Shown here: positions 18,721 through 28,489 of the stretch, one piece after another
How the letters are laid out: every line of letters begins with the position of its first letter
How positions within the stretch are numbered: position 1 is the first letter of the stretch
Origin: Escherichia phage vB_EcoM_Ozark
Sequence record: NC_054927.1
Reading direction: 5' to 3' (one strand)
Length of the DNA: 64,000 nt
The notes under the pieces: generated by a model
What the model saw: the letters and a program-made list of their open reading frames with translations, nothing else
The model's database searches: none
Told to the model about the DNA's origin: nothing
Translations under genes and position numbers: made by a program

Positions 18721-19014
18721 TTATTCGCCTGTGATTTCGGTTACGATATTTTTGTTATTAAAGTTTTTATCGCAATACAGAACATAATTATACTGCATTA
18801 CACCACCAGACTTAAGTTGTTTTTGCACTTCAACTTTCATTTCAGGACGATCACGCTCAACGATATTCATAATATCTGCTTCAATTTGAGTTTCAACCTC
18901 AGTCTGATCCGCAGTCATAGACCATTCGCACAAATCTTTATCATAACCTGCCATAGCAGGCTGAGCAGCACAAGAAGCTAAAGCAAAAATTGTGGCAAAG
19001 ATAAATTTTTTCAT
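18721..19014 (-). CDS. sp: periplasmic protein, spackle (61.3)-like, 97 aa with signal peptide
   Basis: cleavable signal peptide, 97 aa, position after gene 61. Confidence 0.55.
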   Translation of the reverse strand: MKKFIFATIFALASCAAQPAMAGYDKDLCEWSMTADQTEVETQIEADIMNIVERDRPEMKVEVQKQLKSGGVMQYNYVLYCDKNFNNKNIVTEITGE

Positions 19015-19065
19015 GATAATCTCCTCAGTAGTTTATATAGTATCTCAATTTCTAACAAAAGTAAA

Positions 19066-19320
19066 CTATTTTATTTCCTCAAGTTCGTTAATCAATAAAA
19101 GTTCTCTGACGCTAAAAACAAAGAAAAATGTGTTCCCATCAACCAGAGCATGACCGCTAATAGAACACCCTCTGCGGAATTTAGAAACTTCACAATCTAG
19201 AACTGTAAAGGGTTTTAATCCTATGACTTTAGCTGTGCGTCTATTCAGTTCACAACCACTTGCGAATTTTTCCAAATCTTCTTCTGATTTAAACTGATAT
19301 TCTCTATTAACTAGCATCAT
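19066..19320 (-). CDS. hypothetical protein (84 aa)
   Basis: ORF. Confidence 0.4.
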   Translation of the reverse strand: MMLVNREYQFKSEEDLEKFASGCELNRRTAKVIGLKPFTVLDCEVSKFRRGCSISGHALVDGNTFFFVFSVRELLLINELEEIK

Positions 19321-19351
19321 TTTCTTTTCTCCGCGATTAGCTGATAGAATT

Positions 19352-19381
19352 ACTATAACACAACTCTATCAGCTTGTAAAC
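19352..19381 (-). promoter_or_regulatory. T4 early-type promoter (GTTTAC / TATAGT)
   Basis: fwd gtaaac 19376-19381. Confidence 0.45.
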
Positions 19382-19383
19382 TA

Positions 19384-19626
19384 CTATTTTACTAGCATCA
19401 ATAACTGTTTCTCTAACTTGACTATTTTACGAAAGTATCTTTTGCATTGACGAATCTGTCGCTTCGTAGGGCGCACAGCAAACTTAATAAATTCCACTCG
19501 ACCAAATAGAGGGCTTTCTTCTGCTGGAATATCTAACACCAATTCCCACGTATCCGCAATAAGTGCCTTGAATTGAGTATTTTTCCTAACATTATACGGA
19601 GTAGGTTTAAATAAAACCGTATGCAT
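19384..19626 (-). CDS. hypothetical protein (about 80 aa)
   Basis: start placed at ATG 19626 with GAGGA RBS just after dmd stop; ORF track extends to 19668. Confidence 0.4.
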   Translation of the reverse strand: MHTVLFKPTPYNVRKNTQFKALIADTWELVLDIPAEESPLFGRVEFIKFAVRPTKRQIRQCKRYFRKIVKLEKQLLMLVK

Positions 19627-19627
19627 A

Positions 19628-19810
19628 TTATCCTCGGCAATCCACTTCACATACTTTCTTGTCATCAATGAAAGCTTTAACTAATGCTTTATTAACTTCA
19701 GCATATTGAGTAGTAGCCCATTGAACGTCATCTTTCATCATTGTGATTTCTTTAGTAAACATGCTTTCATTCTTAAACCACCCCATAAAAACTACCTTTA
19801 CCAATTCCAT
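19628..19810 (-). CDS. dmd: Dmd (discriminator of mRNA degradation), antitoxin against RnlA/LsoA, 60 aa
   Basis: 60-aa protein MELVKVVFMGWFKNESMF... matching recalled T4 Dmd. Confidence 0.7.
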   Translation of the reverse strand: MELVKVVFMGWFKNESMFTKEITMMKDDVQWATTQYAEVNKALVKAFIDDKKVCEVDCRG

Positions 19811-19839
19811 AAAAATCTCCTCATTTAACCAACAAGACT

Positions 19840-19869
19840 ACTATACCATAGTCTTGTCAGCTTGTAAAC
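19840..19869 (-). promoter_or_regulatory. T4 early-type promoter upstream of dmd (GTTTAC / TATAGT)
   Basis: fwd gtaaac 19864-19869. Confidence 0.5.
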
Positions 19870-21296
19870 TAAAATTTTAATTCATTCGCCAAAGCATCTA
19901 ACTGAGCTCGAGTAGATTCATTTCTTTGATAGCGATTCTGTTCAGCCTGAATCTGTTGTGAACCTGCTACTTCACTCACTTCAGTTGGAGTAGAATCTTG
20001 TTCAATTTCTACCCATTTTTGATTTCCTTTTTGAACACCCATCAAAAACTTATTCCACTTATTCTTATCACCATATCGTGATTTGATTTGCTTAATAAGT
20101 TGTTGTTCAGCAGCTGCTAGCTCCTCGGTTTCAATGACCGCAAGCATAAAATCAGCTGTTGCTGGAAGACCGGCAGATTCTGCAATATCGCTCATGTTAA
20201 CATCAGAAGAGTCCCAAGCTTGTTTACCAACCTGCGCTGCAGTCCAAAGAACAGTTTCGGTTTCAACAGCAAGAGCACGCAATTCCTCTGCAATAGCTTT
20301 AACAGTTGTGTAACTATTTTCTGAATAAACTCTAATGCGGCAAGATTTACAAATACCTAGATAGTCGACAATAATGATTGTTGGAACAAAATTCTTTTTG
20401 AGCTTCAATTCATTCAAGAGAGACCTGAATGTGTTAGCATCTGCTCCACCAGTAGGATACTGTTTAACAATTAAACGACCGAGAGTAGATTTCTCACGCC
20501 ATTTTTCCATTTTTCCTTTATACTCAGCGTAAGAAATATGTCCATCATCAATGTCATCAAGAGAAACATCAAGCATATTAGCGTCAATACGCTTAGCACA
20601 GACTTCTTCTGCCATTTCCATGGAAATGTAAAGAACATTATGTCCGAGCTGTAAATAATCTGCTGCCAATGAACACAGACCTAATGACTTACCAACGTTA
20701 ACGCCAGCCATTAAAACGTTCAGCGTTCCAGTCTCAGCTCCGCCTTTAGTAATTTTGTTTAGAATTCTGAGTTTAAATGGAACCTTACGAGCTTTATTCA
20801 TATAAGATAGCCAGCGTGCTTCGTAGTCATCCATCCAATCATGACCAACGTAGCTATCAAATGAAATTGATAATGCTTGGCGCATGATGTCAGGAATAGC
20901 ACCAACATCCGGCATTTTCTTATTTCGTTTTTCCGGAGGAAGCTCAGCATTAGTTTGAATTTCGATTATTTTAGACGTAGCATTAAACATCGCCCTTTGC
21001 TGAACATATTTTTCTGTTTCTTTTATTAACCAACTGTGGTCTTCCGGAGAATCAGCCAGTTTTGAAATAAGTGTTTTTACACCAGAATATTCTGTTTCAG
21101 TAAATGAACTATTTTCTAATGCAACATTTAACGCATTAATAGATGGAACGCTATGGTACTCATTAACATGAGATTTAATTAATTTGAATGTATTTTTAGC
21201 TGGACCACTTTCAAAATATTCTGAATCCATATATGGCCAAACTTTTGAAAAATAAGCTTGATCAAATATGAGATGAGAAAGAATAATTTCTACCAC
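19869..21296 (-). CDS. 41: replicative DNA helicase (DnaB-like), gene 41, 475 aa
   Basis: Walker A GVNVGKS; 475 aa as T4 gp41. Confidence 0.95.
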   Translation of the reverse strand: MVEIILSHLIFDQAYFSKVWPYMDSEYFESGPAKNTFKLIKSHVNEYHSVPSINALNVALENSSFTETEYSGVKTLISKLADSPEDHSWLIKETEKYVQQRAMFNATSKIIEIQTNAELPPEKRNKKMPDVGAIPDIMRQALSISFDSYVGHDWMDDYEARWLSYMNKARKVPFKLRILNKITKGGAETGTLNVLMAGVNVGKSLGLCSLAADYLQLGHNVLYISMEMAEEVCAKRIDANMLDVSLDDIDDGHISYAEYKGKMEKWREKSTLGRLIVKQYPTGGADANTFRSLLNELKLKKNFVPTIIIVDYLGICKSCRIRVYSENSYTTVKAIAEELRALAVETETVLWTAAQVGKQAWDSSDVNMSDIAESAGLPATADFMLAVIETEELAAAEQQLIKQIKSRYGDKNKWNKFLMGVQKGNQKWVEIEQDSTPTEVSEVAGSQQIQAEQNRYQRNESTRAQLDALANELKF

Positions 21297-21305
21297 ACTT
21301 ACTCC

Positions 21306-21668
21306 TTAAAAGAATTTAAATTTTTTCTTTGACCTTTTATTAAATGCATCTTGCAGTTGCATTGTAATACATTTTTCTACATGAGGAGCTAACTCAGCTT
21401 TTCTTTCTTGGTCAAGAACAGCAAAGTCCATTACAACCTTTCCATCAACCCAATCCAGTTTAGTTACATACACTATATGTGTAGAACCATCTTCTAGTTT
21501 AATGACAATCTCCTGGATAACATTTTCCATAGCGGATTTAATTATCTTAAGAGACTCATTAAAAAGACGTTCTTTTCTTTCTTCTTCCCCCTCCGAAGAG
21601 GGGGATTCATCGATAATTTCTAGATCTAAATCTAAATCATCTTTATTCATTAAATTCTTCCATATCAC
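21306..21668 (-). CDS. 40: gene 40-like protein (head vertex assembly), about 114-120 aa
   Basis: position between uvsX and 41; start may be the internal Met. Confidence 0.55.
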   Translation of the reverse strand: MIWKNLMNKDDLDLDLEIIDESPSSEGEEERKERLFNESLKIIKSAMENVIQEIVIKLEDGSTHIVYVTKLDWVDGKVVMDFAVLDQERKAELAPHVEKCITMQLQDAFNKRSKKKFKFF

Positions 21669-22824
21669 TTAACTGTTCGAGGTCAGTTTCTAAATCAGCA
21701 GCTGATTTACTTTTACTTTCTGGAGATTTAAATTTTTCAACCTTTGAGTTAATCAATTCATCAACTTCAGCTTCAACAATTTCATTACTATCAATAGCAC
21801 CTAACTGATAAGCACGTTTAATAGCATCTCGGAATGGTTGATGCTTAAATAAAGGACCCCAGAATGTAGTGCAGTTGGTATCTTTTGCACGCCAAGATTT
21901 TTCTTCGCGAATCATCTCGCCGGTTTCTTCATCAAGAAATTCACGAGCATACCAACCATTTTTAGGTTTTACAACAAATCCTAATTCTAGAGCCATATCT
22001 AACAATCCAGAATAAGGATCGATACCACCGTCAAATTTAACATCAATAAAGAATTTACTTTTTTCTTTAACGGTACGAGATTTTTCTACATTTAGAACAA
22101 ATTGATACCCCTGAAGATCAGAACCATCTTTAATCTGGCGTTTACCGATAATGAATACGGTATCAGCCGAATACATTACACCTGTACCACCTGTCATCAC
22201 GGTTTTACTAAACATTTCAATTGTTTCAATTGTATGGTTAACCGCAACGCATGGAATATTTTTAATGCTAAAGTAAGGAGTAACAATACGGAATAACGAC
22301 TTCAGTGATTTAGCACGAGTCATATCTGCCACAGATTTTTCATTTAAGGCATCTTCCGTTTCTTTCTTAGAAGCCATATTACCAATTGAGTCGATGAATA
22401 CAATAACCTTTTCACCGCGCTCAATAGCTTCAAGCTGATTCACCATATCAATTTTCAGTTGTTCAACTGACTGGATTGGTGTATGAATTACTCGTTCCGG
22501 GTCAACTCCCATGGATCGCAAATAAGCTGGAGTAATACCAAATTCGCTATCATAAAATAGACAAACCGCGTCAGGATATTTGTTCAAATATGCCGCAACC
22601 ATAGTCAAAGACATATTTGATTTAAAGTGTTTAGAAGGCCCTGCGAAAATAGTTAAACCAGACTGCATACCGCCATCAATCGCACCGGAAATAGCGATAT
22701 TAAGCATTGGAATTTTTGTACGGATTACATCCTTTTCATTAAAGAATTTAGATGTAGTCAGTTCAGCAGTCATTTTAGAAGTGGAAGCTTTAATCAAACG
22801 GGATTTTAAATCTGCAATAGACAT
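21643..22824 (-). CDS. uvsX: UvsX recombinase (RecA-like), 393 aa
   Basis: RecA fold motifs, C-terminal acidic tail. Confidence 0.95.
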   Translation of the reverse strand: MSIADLKSRLIKASTSKMTAELTTSKFFNEKDVIRTKIPMLNIAISGAIDGGMQSGLTIFAGPSKHFKSNMSLTMVAAYLNKYPDAVCLFYDSEFGITPAYLRSMGVDPERVIHTPIQSVEQLKIDMVNQLEAIERGEKVIVFIDSIGNMASKKETEDALNEKSVADMTRAKSLKSLFRIVTPYFSIKNIPCVAVNHTIETIEMFSKTVMTGGTGVMYSADTVFIIGKRQIKDGSDLQGYQFVLNVEKSRTVKEKSKFFIDVKFDGGIDPYSGLLDMALELGFVVKPKNGWYAREFLDEETGEMIREEKSWRAKDTNCTTFWGPLFKHQPFRDAIKRAYQLGAIDSNEIVEAEVDELINSKVEKFKSPESKSKSAADLETDLEQLSDMEEFNE

Positions 22825-22901
22825 TCATTTTTTCCATAGGCATCATTATATTTTCCTCACTGGTTAAAGATAGAGTAATTATAACACAATAAATTTAGGC
22901 A

Positions 22902-23750
22902 TTAATCAACTGCTATTGGATGAATAGCATTAAACTTGTGAAATGCTTCTGATTTTTCTTTACGCGAAACACACATGCGAAGAACCTTTAATGGCTCGTC
23001 TTCTTCACCCAACGATTTTCGTTTTTCAATATTCGATGTTTTCCAACGAGCTTGCTCTGGAAACTCTTTATTGATTTGCTCAAGCGCTCTATTATGTTTA
23101 GAATTACTACGAATTGAACTACACCCGCCAGGAGCTTGTGCTTTTCCAGATACAACCAGATATTTGAACAAAGCCAAATGCGGATAACCTTGATTAATTA
23201 AATTGAGAAATGCATACATATCTTCGCACAAATCAATTTTTCCATACCCAATTTGTTCTGTCGTAAGTTTTCCAAGGTCATACCATGTATTCGTGAATCC
23301 ATATGAATTTTCACGATAATTACCCCAAGATGAAGTAATTTTAAAAATTGGTAGACGAGCATGGCCATGATAATACCCGCAATCCATGGCATCTTCAACG
23401 TATTGAATCAATTCATAGAACTGTTCACGAGTCAATTGATTGACTTTATCTACGCAACGACGATCATCTCTTTTTCGCATTGAACTCATACGAATAGTAG
23501 TATCATCGTCAATCATCCAGATTCGTTGACCTGCATACATATCAGTAATTGCTTTACGAGTACCGGCAATTCCGTTTACATCATCAGGAATAGTTATAAT
23601 TTTAGCTCTAGACCCATAGGCGTCATAATAAGCTTTTTCTTCATGTTCACGTACTACGATATGAGGTTCATAATCAGTCGGAAACATATCAAGGGCAGAA
23701 ACTGCCCCTACACGTTGATAGCTCGGAATTACGAATTGAATCATTTCCAC
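22902..23750 (-). CDS. GT-A-like glycosyltransferase (DxD motif WMIDDD) at the beta-gt locus; candidate DNA glucosyltransferase, 282 aa
   Basis: DDD motif; sits between uvsX and gene 42 where T4 has beta-gt. Confidence 0.45.
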   Translation of the reverse strand: MEMIQFVIPSYQRVGAVSALDMFPTDYEPHIVVREHEEKAYYDAYGSRAKIITIPDDVNGIAGTRKAITDMYAGQRIWMIDDDTTIRMSSMRKRDDRRCVDKVNQLTREQFYELIQYVEDAMDCGYYHGHARLPIFKITSSWGNYRENSYGFTNTWYDLGKLTTEQIGYGKIDLCEDMYAFLNLINQGYPHLALFKYLVVSGKAQAPGGCSSIRSNSKHNRALEQINKEFPEQARWKTSNIEKRKSLGEEDEPLKVLRMCVSRKEKSEAFHKFNAIHPIAVD

Positions 23751-24481
23751 TCACCGTTATAATCTTTTTTCACAATATGAGTTTCGCCAGTATTCCACCA
23801 ATGATCAACCAAGTAAAAATGACGAGAATATACATGAAGACTTCCAACATTCCATATAATAGAACCTGCTTTATACTGACGAGTTGAATCGCCTGCATTC
23901 AAATCAGATACTAATTTATCTAATACGTATTTTTGCCATGCATAATCATTACGGAATCCGAAGACCACGTCATTTGAGCGCATGCTTACTACTGCATTGA
24001 CTTTCTTGTCACGAATCAGATACTGTACGGTATTCGTACACATGAAATCTGACATACCATCTTTATTATAGTCAAACTGCATAGATGGACGAGTATAAAT
24101 CATGATACCACGTCGAGAATCAGGATTTTGACCAAGTTCAGCTAAACACATATCATACTGGGCATAGTTATCTTCTGACCAAATAGCCCAACCATAATTC
24201 GAGTTAATTTCGCCTTTAGAAGATGCTACCTGCTGCCAAATCTTTGGTGTTTCACCTGGAATATCTTTAACAAACAAGCTCTTAGATTTATACCATTCAA
24301 GTTCACGCTGAATGTATTCATCATTAAGAGCGCCAAAAATAAACGGTTCATCTGCTACAAATGATGCGCCAATAATTTCAATAGTTTTAACACCGGTTTT
24401 ATCAACTACGAAATCTTTTTCTTTTAATGCAAGCCCCAAACGAAGACGGATTTCTTCAACTGTCATAGAGTCACTAATCAT
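23741..24481 (-). CDS. 42: dCMP hydroxymethylase, gene 42 (246 aa)
   Basis: thymidylate-synthase-like fold; 246 aa as T4 gp42. Confidence 0.9.
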   Translation of the reverse strand: MISDSMTVEEIRLRLGLALKEKDFVVDKTGVKTIEIIGASFVADEPFIFGALNDEYIQRELEWYKSKSLFVKDIPGETPKIWQQVASSKGEINSNYGWAIWSEDNYAQYDMCLAELGQNPDSRRGIMIYTRPSMQFDYNKDGMSDFMCTNTVQYLIRDKKVNAVVSMRSNDVVFGFRNDYAWQKYVLDKLVSDLNAGDSTRQYKAGSIIWNVGSLHVYSRHFYLVDHWWNTGETHIVKKDYNGEWK

Positions 24482-24488
24482 TTAAACC

Positions 24489-24638
24489 TCAATTGATACA
24501 TTCATATTTAACTTGTAACAGTAATAAGCTCCAACCTAAAATAATAGTTGGAATCATAAGAGGAACCGTTACACTATAGTATATACTTATTATAATCATC
24601 AAGATTAAAAGCAACACTGTTATAATTTTGCTTTTCAT
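24489..24638 (-). CDS. small hydrophobic peptide (49 aa), not in ORF track
   Basis: hand translation MKSKIITVLLLILMIIISIYYSVTVPLMIPTIILGWSLLLLQVKYECIN; ATGA overlap with imm stop. Confidence 0.35.
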   Translation of the reverse strand: MKSKIITVLLLILMIIISIYYSVTVPLMIPTIILGWSLLLLQVKYECIN

Positions 24639-24886
24639 TCCTTCTCTCTGATGATAATTACCTGATTTGGTTGTGCAGACTTTTTAGTTTCACCCGCAAT
24701 TGACCAAATAAATGTAATAAACCAACCAATAATTGACCAGTTAAACAGTAAAGATGTGAAAAAGATTCCTACTGTCGATTTTGACCCACGCATCAAGGCG
24801 ATAAACCATGGAAGCATGTATATAATAATAGCCAACACACCTGAAACTAAAACCATAAAAATTGAACCTGCTACTAAAGTTTCCAT
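24635..24886 (-). CDS. imm: Imm immunity (superinfection exclusion) membrane protein, 83 aa
   Basis: 83-aa two-TM protein upstream of gene 42. Confidence 0.7.
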   Translation of the reverse strand: METLVAGSIFMVLVSGVLAIIIYMLPWFIALMRGSKSTVGIFFTSLLFNWSIIGWFITFIWSIAGETKKSAQPNQVIIIREKE

Positions 24887-24893
24887 GTTTTCC

Positions 24894-25274
24894 TCACTTA
24901 GTCAAATTTTTTACACATGAATTATAAGAATTCACTACATACTCCATCGGAGCATTTTTACCAGTACGCCATTGATAATTATTAGCCCAATTAGCCCAAA
25001 TTTCGGCGCAGTAATTTTCAATTTTTTCTTCGCGTGTAATTACATCCGAATTACGATATGCTTGAGCAGATTCATCTGGACGAATAGCTTCGTCAAAATT
25101 CGCCTGCATTTGTTCTACTGTTTGCTTTGGAGCTTCTTTATAACACTTGACATTAGGATTATAAAATTTGCTTGAACAGTTTACAATTTTTCCTACATCA
25201 GACTGATTTACTACTGGTCCTTGAGCTACACAACCAGTAAGACCTAATGCAATAACCAAAATAGCGATTTTCAT
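24894..25274 (-). CDS. predicted lipoprotein (126 aa)
   Basis: signal peptide with LTGC lipobox. Confidence 0.5.
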   Translation of the reverse strand: MKIAILVIALGLTGCVAQGPVVNQSDVGKIVNCSSKFYNPNVKCYKEAPKQTVEQMQANFDEAIRPDESAQAYRNSDVITREEKIENYCAEIWANWANNYQWRTGKNAPMEYVVNSYNSCVKNLTK

Positions 25275-25286
25275 AATAATTTCCTC

Positions 25287-25538
25287 TTAAAACTTAACAA
25301 ATAACTTTAAAGCATCTTCAGTTTTAATTCCTTTTCTTACACCCATAACAGAAATTGGCTGTGACTGAAATTTTCCTTTACCATTATAAATTTCTAATCC
25401 AGTAACCATTCCATTTTGTTCTATAATACCGTAAGTGTTACCTTCATTTTCAAATTCTTTAACTTTAAAGAGTTTATTAGCTTTTTCTGCGTTAACAACT
25501 TTTAAATTTTGAATAAAATTAGTTTGAATATTTTTCAT
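25287..25538 (-). CDS. hypothetical protein (84 aa)
   Basis: start moved to ATG 25538 (GGAGGA RBS); the upstream part of the track ORF covers the promoter. Confidence 0.45.
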   Translation of the reverse strand: MKNIQTNFIQNLKVVNAEKANKLFKVKEFENEGNTYGIIEQNGMVTGLEIYNGKGKFQSQPISVMGVRKGIKTEDALKLFVKF

Positions 25539-25566
25539 TTTGTGTTCCTCCGTAGTTGATAGTTGT

Positions 25567-25596
25567 ATAGTACCATGGAAGAACAGGGATGTAAAC
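25567..25596 (-). promoter_or_regulatory. T4 early-type promoter with A/T-rich UP element
   Basis: fwd gtaaac 25591-25596, -10 TACTAT; same 40-nt leader as at 51898-51937. Confidence 0.55.
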
Positions 25597-25684
25597 AGTT
25601 TTGTGAAAAAATTTTTTAATGAATTCAAAGGGTCCAGAATCATCTGTTTTTCATAAGTATAGATTTATATTACTTGTATGAAAA

Positions 25685-25702
25685 AGGGACCCGGAGGTCC
25701 CT
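25685..25702 (-). terminator. intrinsic terminator after gene 43 (AGGGACC-UCCG-GGUCCCU then U5)
   Basis: 7-bp stem and U tract on minus RNA. Confidence 0.6.
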
Positions 25703-25714
25703 AGATTTATTCTA

Positions 25715-28411
25715 TCAGCCAAACAGGAAGTCTAACGAAGCTTTTTCTTCATAGTCCATACCAGCCGATTCGCACATGCCTGCAAGCGGTTTAACAAACG
25801 ATTTTTGGAACAAAGTTGAGTAGTCAATCCAAGATAGTACATCAGAACGAATTTCTTTTGGAAGTTCTGTACCCGACGGCCAAGCAATGCACTTATCACC
25901 AAATGGATTTCCTTCACGCAATGGAAGAACCATTACCTTATTTCCATCCAAAATTGGAGCTACACCTAAACCGCTAACAGCTCGACGATAAGTTAGCACA
26001 CCACGAATATGGAACGGGCATTTAAATCCTGGCCAACCTTTATCATCATATTTCGCTATATCGTTCGCAGTTTTTACTTCAGCAATAACTTTATAGTCAA
26101 GTTGACGATATTCTTTCTCGAAGTTCTTGTAATATTCTTGGACAGACTCTTCACCTTCCTGAAGAATGCGACGAATACTTTCTTCGAGAGCTTCTTGTAC
26201 TGCTTTTGGTGTTGAACTCTGTTGAGTTTCCATACCCATGATTTTTAGATGCGGTTCAGCAAATCGCTTATCTTCCATATCATAAACGTTTAGAGCATAA
26301 CGCTTTTTCGCTTTCCAAAATCCACCAACGCCCTTTGAACCAAGCGGAGGACAAGAAATAGCTTCACGGTCCATATGCATCAGATGCTCGCGGTTATTCA
26401 TATAATCACATAACTCACGATATGCAACATCAATCATAGGTTCCATCTTTTTCTTACCGAACTGATTCATGAATTCAACTAAATCGTTCTGCTCTTTGAA
26501 TCGGTCAAGACCAACTTTTTCAATAACTTTATCTACGCAAACATATACCGAATCAGTATCACCTGCCGCGATGAAATCTTCACCATTAGTTCCGCATACT
26601 TTATTCAGATATTCATTAATTTTACGAGCAATCCACTGAATCCCAACTTGGCCGAAAATTGTGATAGCAGTAGCATTTCGCAAATCATAGTAACGGAAAT
26701 GAATATTACCAAGAGCACCGTAAAGACTGTTAATAAGAATTTTACGGTTCAGCTGATTTGTGTTAGCAAGTGTAGCCGCTTTTTCACATTCTTCAATCAG
26801 ACTATTGAGAACAGATTCGGTGTAATTCGACAGTTCATTTAAAAAATCATCAGTGAACTTAACATATCGTTCAACTTCTGGTTTAGTTGAACAAGACCCT
26901 GCGCCTTTCATAATAATCTTTTTAATAGCTTCGGCATTCATTTCTTCAGCGAACATTTTCTTTTTCCAATCTTTACGCTGGAAAAATACTTTAGCGATTT
27001 CCTTTGGAATGATACCTTCTTGATGCTTATCATACATCCATCCATTCGGAGAACAAGAATATTCTTCACTTGGCTTAGGAGCTGTTCCTGCAATATATTC
27101 ATGAATTGGATGAACTTTAAACTGACCACGAATAGTCTCAGGACTAATGTTAACCTGACGAATAATGCTAGGATACAGAGACGTTAAGTCAAAACTCATA
27201 ATGTATCGACGAGCAATTGGTTTAGGTTCAAACACAAATGCACCCGGAAAACTCTGTTTAACATGCGAACCTTGTTGAGGAATAACCTTATGTTCACCTT
27301 TCAATGAGTTAAAAATAATAGCATCCCAAGTTTTAATAGGACTCATTACACCAGAAAAAGGCATTTTAGCGTAATAAGACATACTTAAAACTAGATCGAT
27401 AAACCCGCGAATTTTATCAATTGCTTGAACTGATTCTACGTCAATGATGTTATAACTAATGTATCGTTGATGATTAGTCTCACGAAGTTTATTAATAGGA
27501 CCGTCGTATGGTAATTTACCTTTTTTGGTTTCATGTTGAGCAACTGATTCCAAAGAGAATGACGGCAAATTAGTAAATGCGAATTTCTTGTACAAATCTA
27601 AATAATCAAGAATAGATACGCCATCAATAGAATAAATTTCTTTGCTACCGTACATATTTTGAATTAGTTTAGATTTTACTCGACCGATTGGAGAGAAGCG
27701 TTTCATACTGCGTTCACCTAGAATCATTTTAACACGATTCATGATATACGGAACGTCAAATCCCTCAATATTCCAACCAGTAAAAATAGCAGGTCGTTTC
27801 TGTTCCCAGAGATTGATATATTCCATGAGCATATCACGCTCATTATCGAATGGCATATAAATTACTCGGTCAAGAATTTCTTGAGGAACTTCATCACCAC
27901 CTTCACAGTCAAGCTTAGCAGCTAACTTTGCATCCCATTTTGATACTGAACCATACATTGAATTCAAAAGGTCGAAAACATAAAAACGATCGTCAATTGA
28001 ATCATAATGAGTGATAGCATCAATTTCATATTCTGCTTTCATTGGGTCAGGAAATTTATCACCAGTAACCTCAATGTCACAGTTAGCTACACGAACAAAT
28101 TTTCGGTCATAAACAATTTCTGAACCATACGTATCACTGATATAAGCGAGTTTAAAATCGTTCATACCGAGAGCTTCGAGACCGATGTCTTCCATTCGTT
28201 TCATCCAATCTCGAGCATCTTTCATTGATGGAAATTTTTGAGGAGCGCAGTTTTTACCATAGATGTCTTTGTACTTTGACTCTTCCTTACAATGCCTAAA
28301 CATAGTCGGAAGATATTCTACTTCACGAGTACGTTCCTTTCCGTTTTCATCAATATAACGTTCAACAATGTTATTTCCGACTGTTTCAATAGAGATATAA
28401 AATTCTTTCAT
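25715..28411 (-). CDS. 43: DNA polymerase (family B), gene 43, 898 aa
   Basis: exo and pol motifs; 898 aa as T4 gp43. Confidence 0.97.
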   Translation of the reverse strand: MKEFYISIETVGNNIVERYIDENGKERTREVEYLPTMFRHCKEESKYKDIYGKNCAPQKFPSMKDARDWMKRMEDIGLEALGMNDFKLAYISDTYGSEIVYDRKFVRVANCDIEVTGDKFPDPMKAEYEIDAITHYDSIDDRFYVFDLLNSMYGSVSKWDAKLAAKLDCEGGDEVPQEILDRVIYMPFDNERDMLMEYINLWEQKRPAIFTGWNIEGFDVPYIMNRVKMILGERSMKRFSPIGRVKSKLIQNMYGSKEIYSIDGVSILDYLDLYKKFAFTNLPSFSLESVAQHETKKGKLPYDGPINKLRETNHQRYISYNIIDVESVQAIDKIRGFIDLVLSMSYYAKMPFSGVMSPIKTWDAIIFNSLKGEHKVIPQQGSHVKQSFPGAFVFEPKPIARRYIMSFDLTSLYPSIIRQVNISPETIRGQFKVHPIHEYIAGTAPKPSEEYSCSPNGWMYDKHQEGIIPKEIAKVFFQRKDWKKKMFAEEMNAEAIKKIIMKGAGSCSTKPEVERYVKFTDDFLNELSNYTESVLNSLIEECEKAATLANTNQLNRKILINSLYGALGNIHFRYYDLRNATAITIFGQVGIQWIARKINEYLNKVCGTNGEDFIAAGDTDSVYVCVDKVIEKVGLDRFKEQNDLVEFMNQFGKKKMEPMIDVAYRELCDYMNNREHLMHMDREAISCPPLGSKGVGGFWKAKKRYALNVYDMEDKRFAEPHLKIMGMETQQSSTPKAVQEALEESIRRILQEGEESVQEYYKNFEKEYRQLDYKVIAEVKTANDIAKYDDKGWPGFKCPFHIRGVLTYRRAVSGLGVAPILDGNKVMVLPLREGNPFGDKCIAWPSGTELPKEIRSDVLSWIDYSTLFQKSFVKPLAGMCESAGMDYEEKASLDFLFG

Positions 28412-28469
28412 AGATATTCCTTAGTTTATAGCCCGAGTTATTAGGCTCTTGATATATTATACTCCAAAT

Positions 28470-28487
28470 AAGGGGCCGAAGCCCCTT
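28470..28487 (-). terminator. GC stem-loop with UUCG loop after regA
   Basis: AAGGGGC-UUCG-GCCCCUU, 3 nt after regA stop. Confidence 0.5.
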
Positions 28488-28489
28488 GC

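Noticed and set aside
21588-21605. Strong hairpin CCCCCUC-UUCG-GAGGGGG
   Set aside because: Inside the gene 40 coding region (encodes an acidic stretch); kept as a note under the hairpin finding, not called a terminator.
22825-22901. TATAAT-containing sequence upstream of uvsX as an early or middle promoter
   Set aside because: No GTTTAC at the right spacing and no MotA box; left unassigned.
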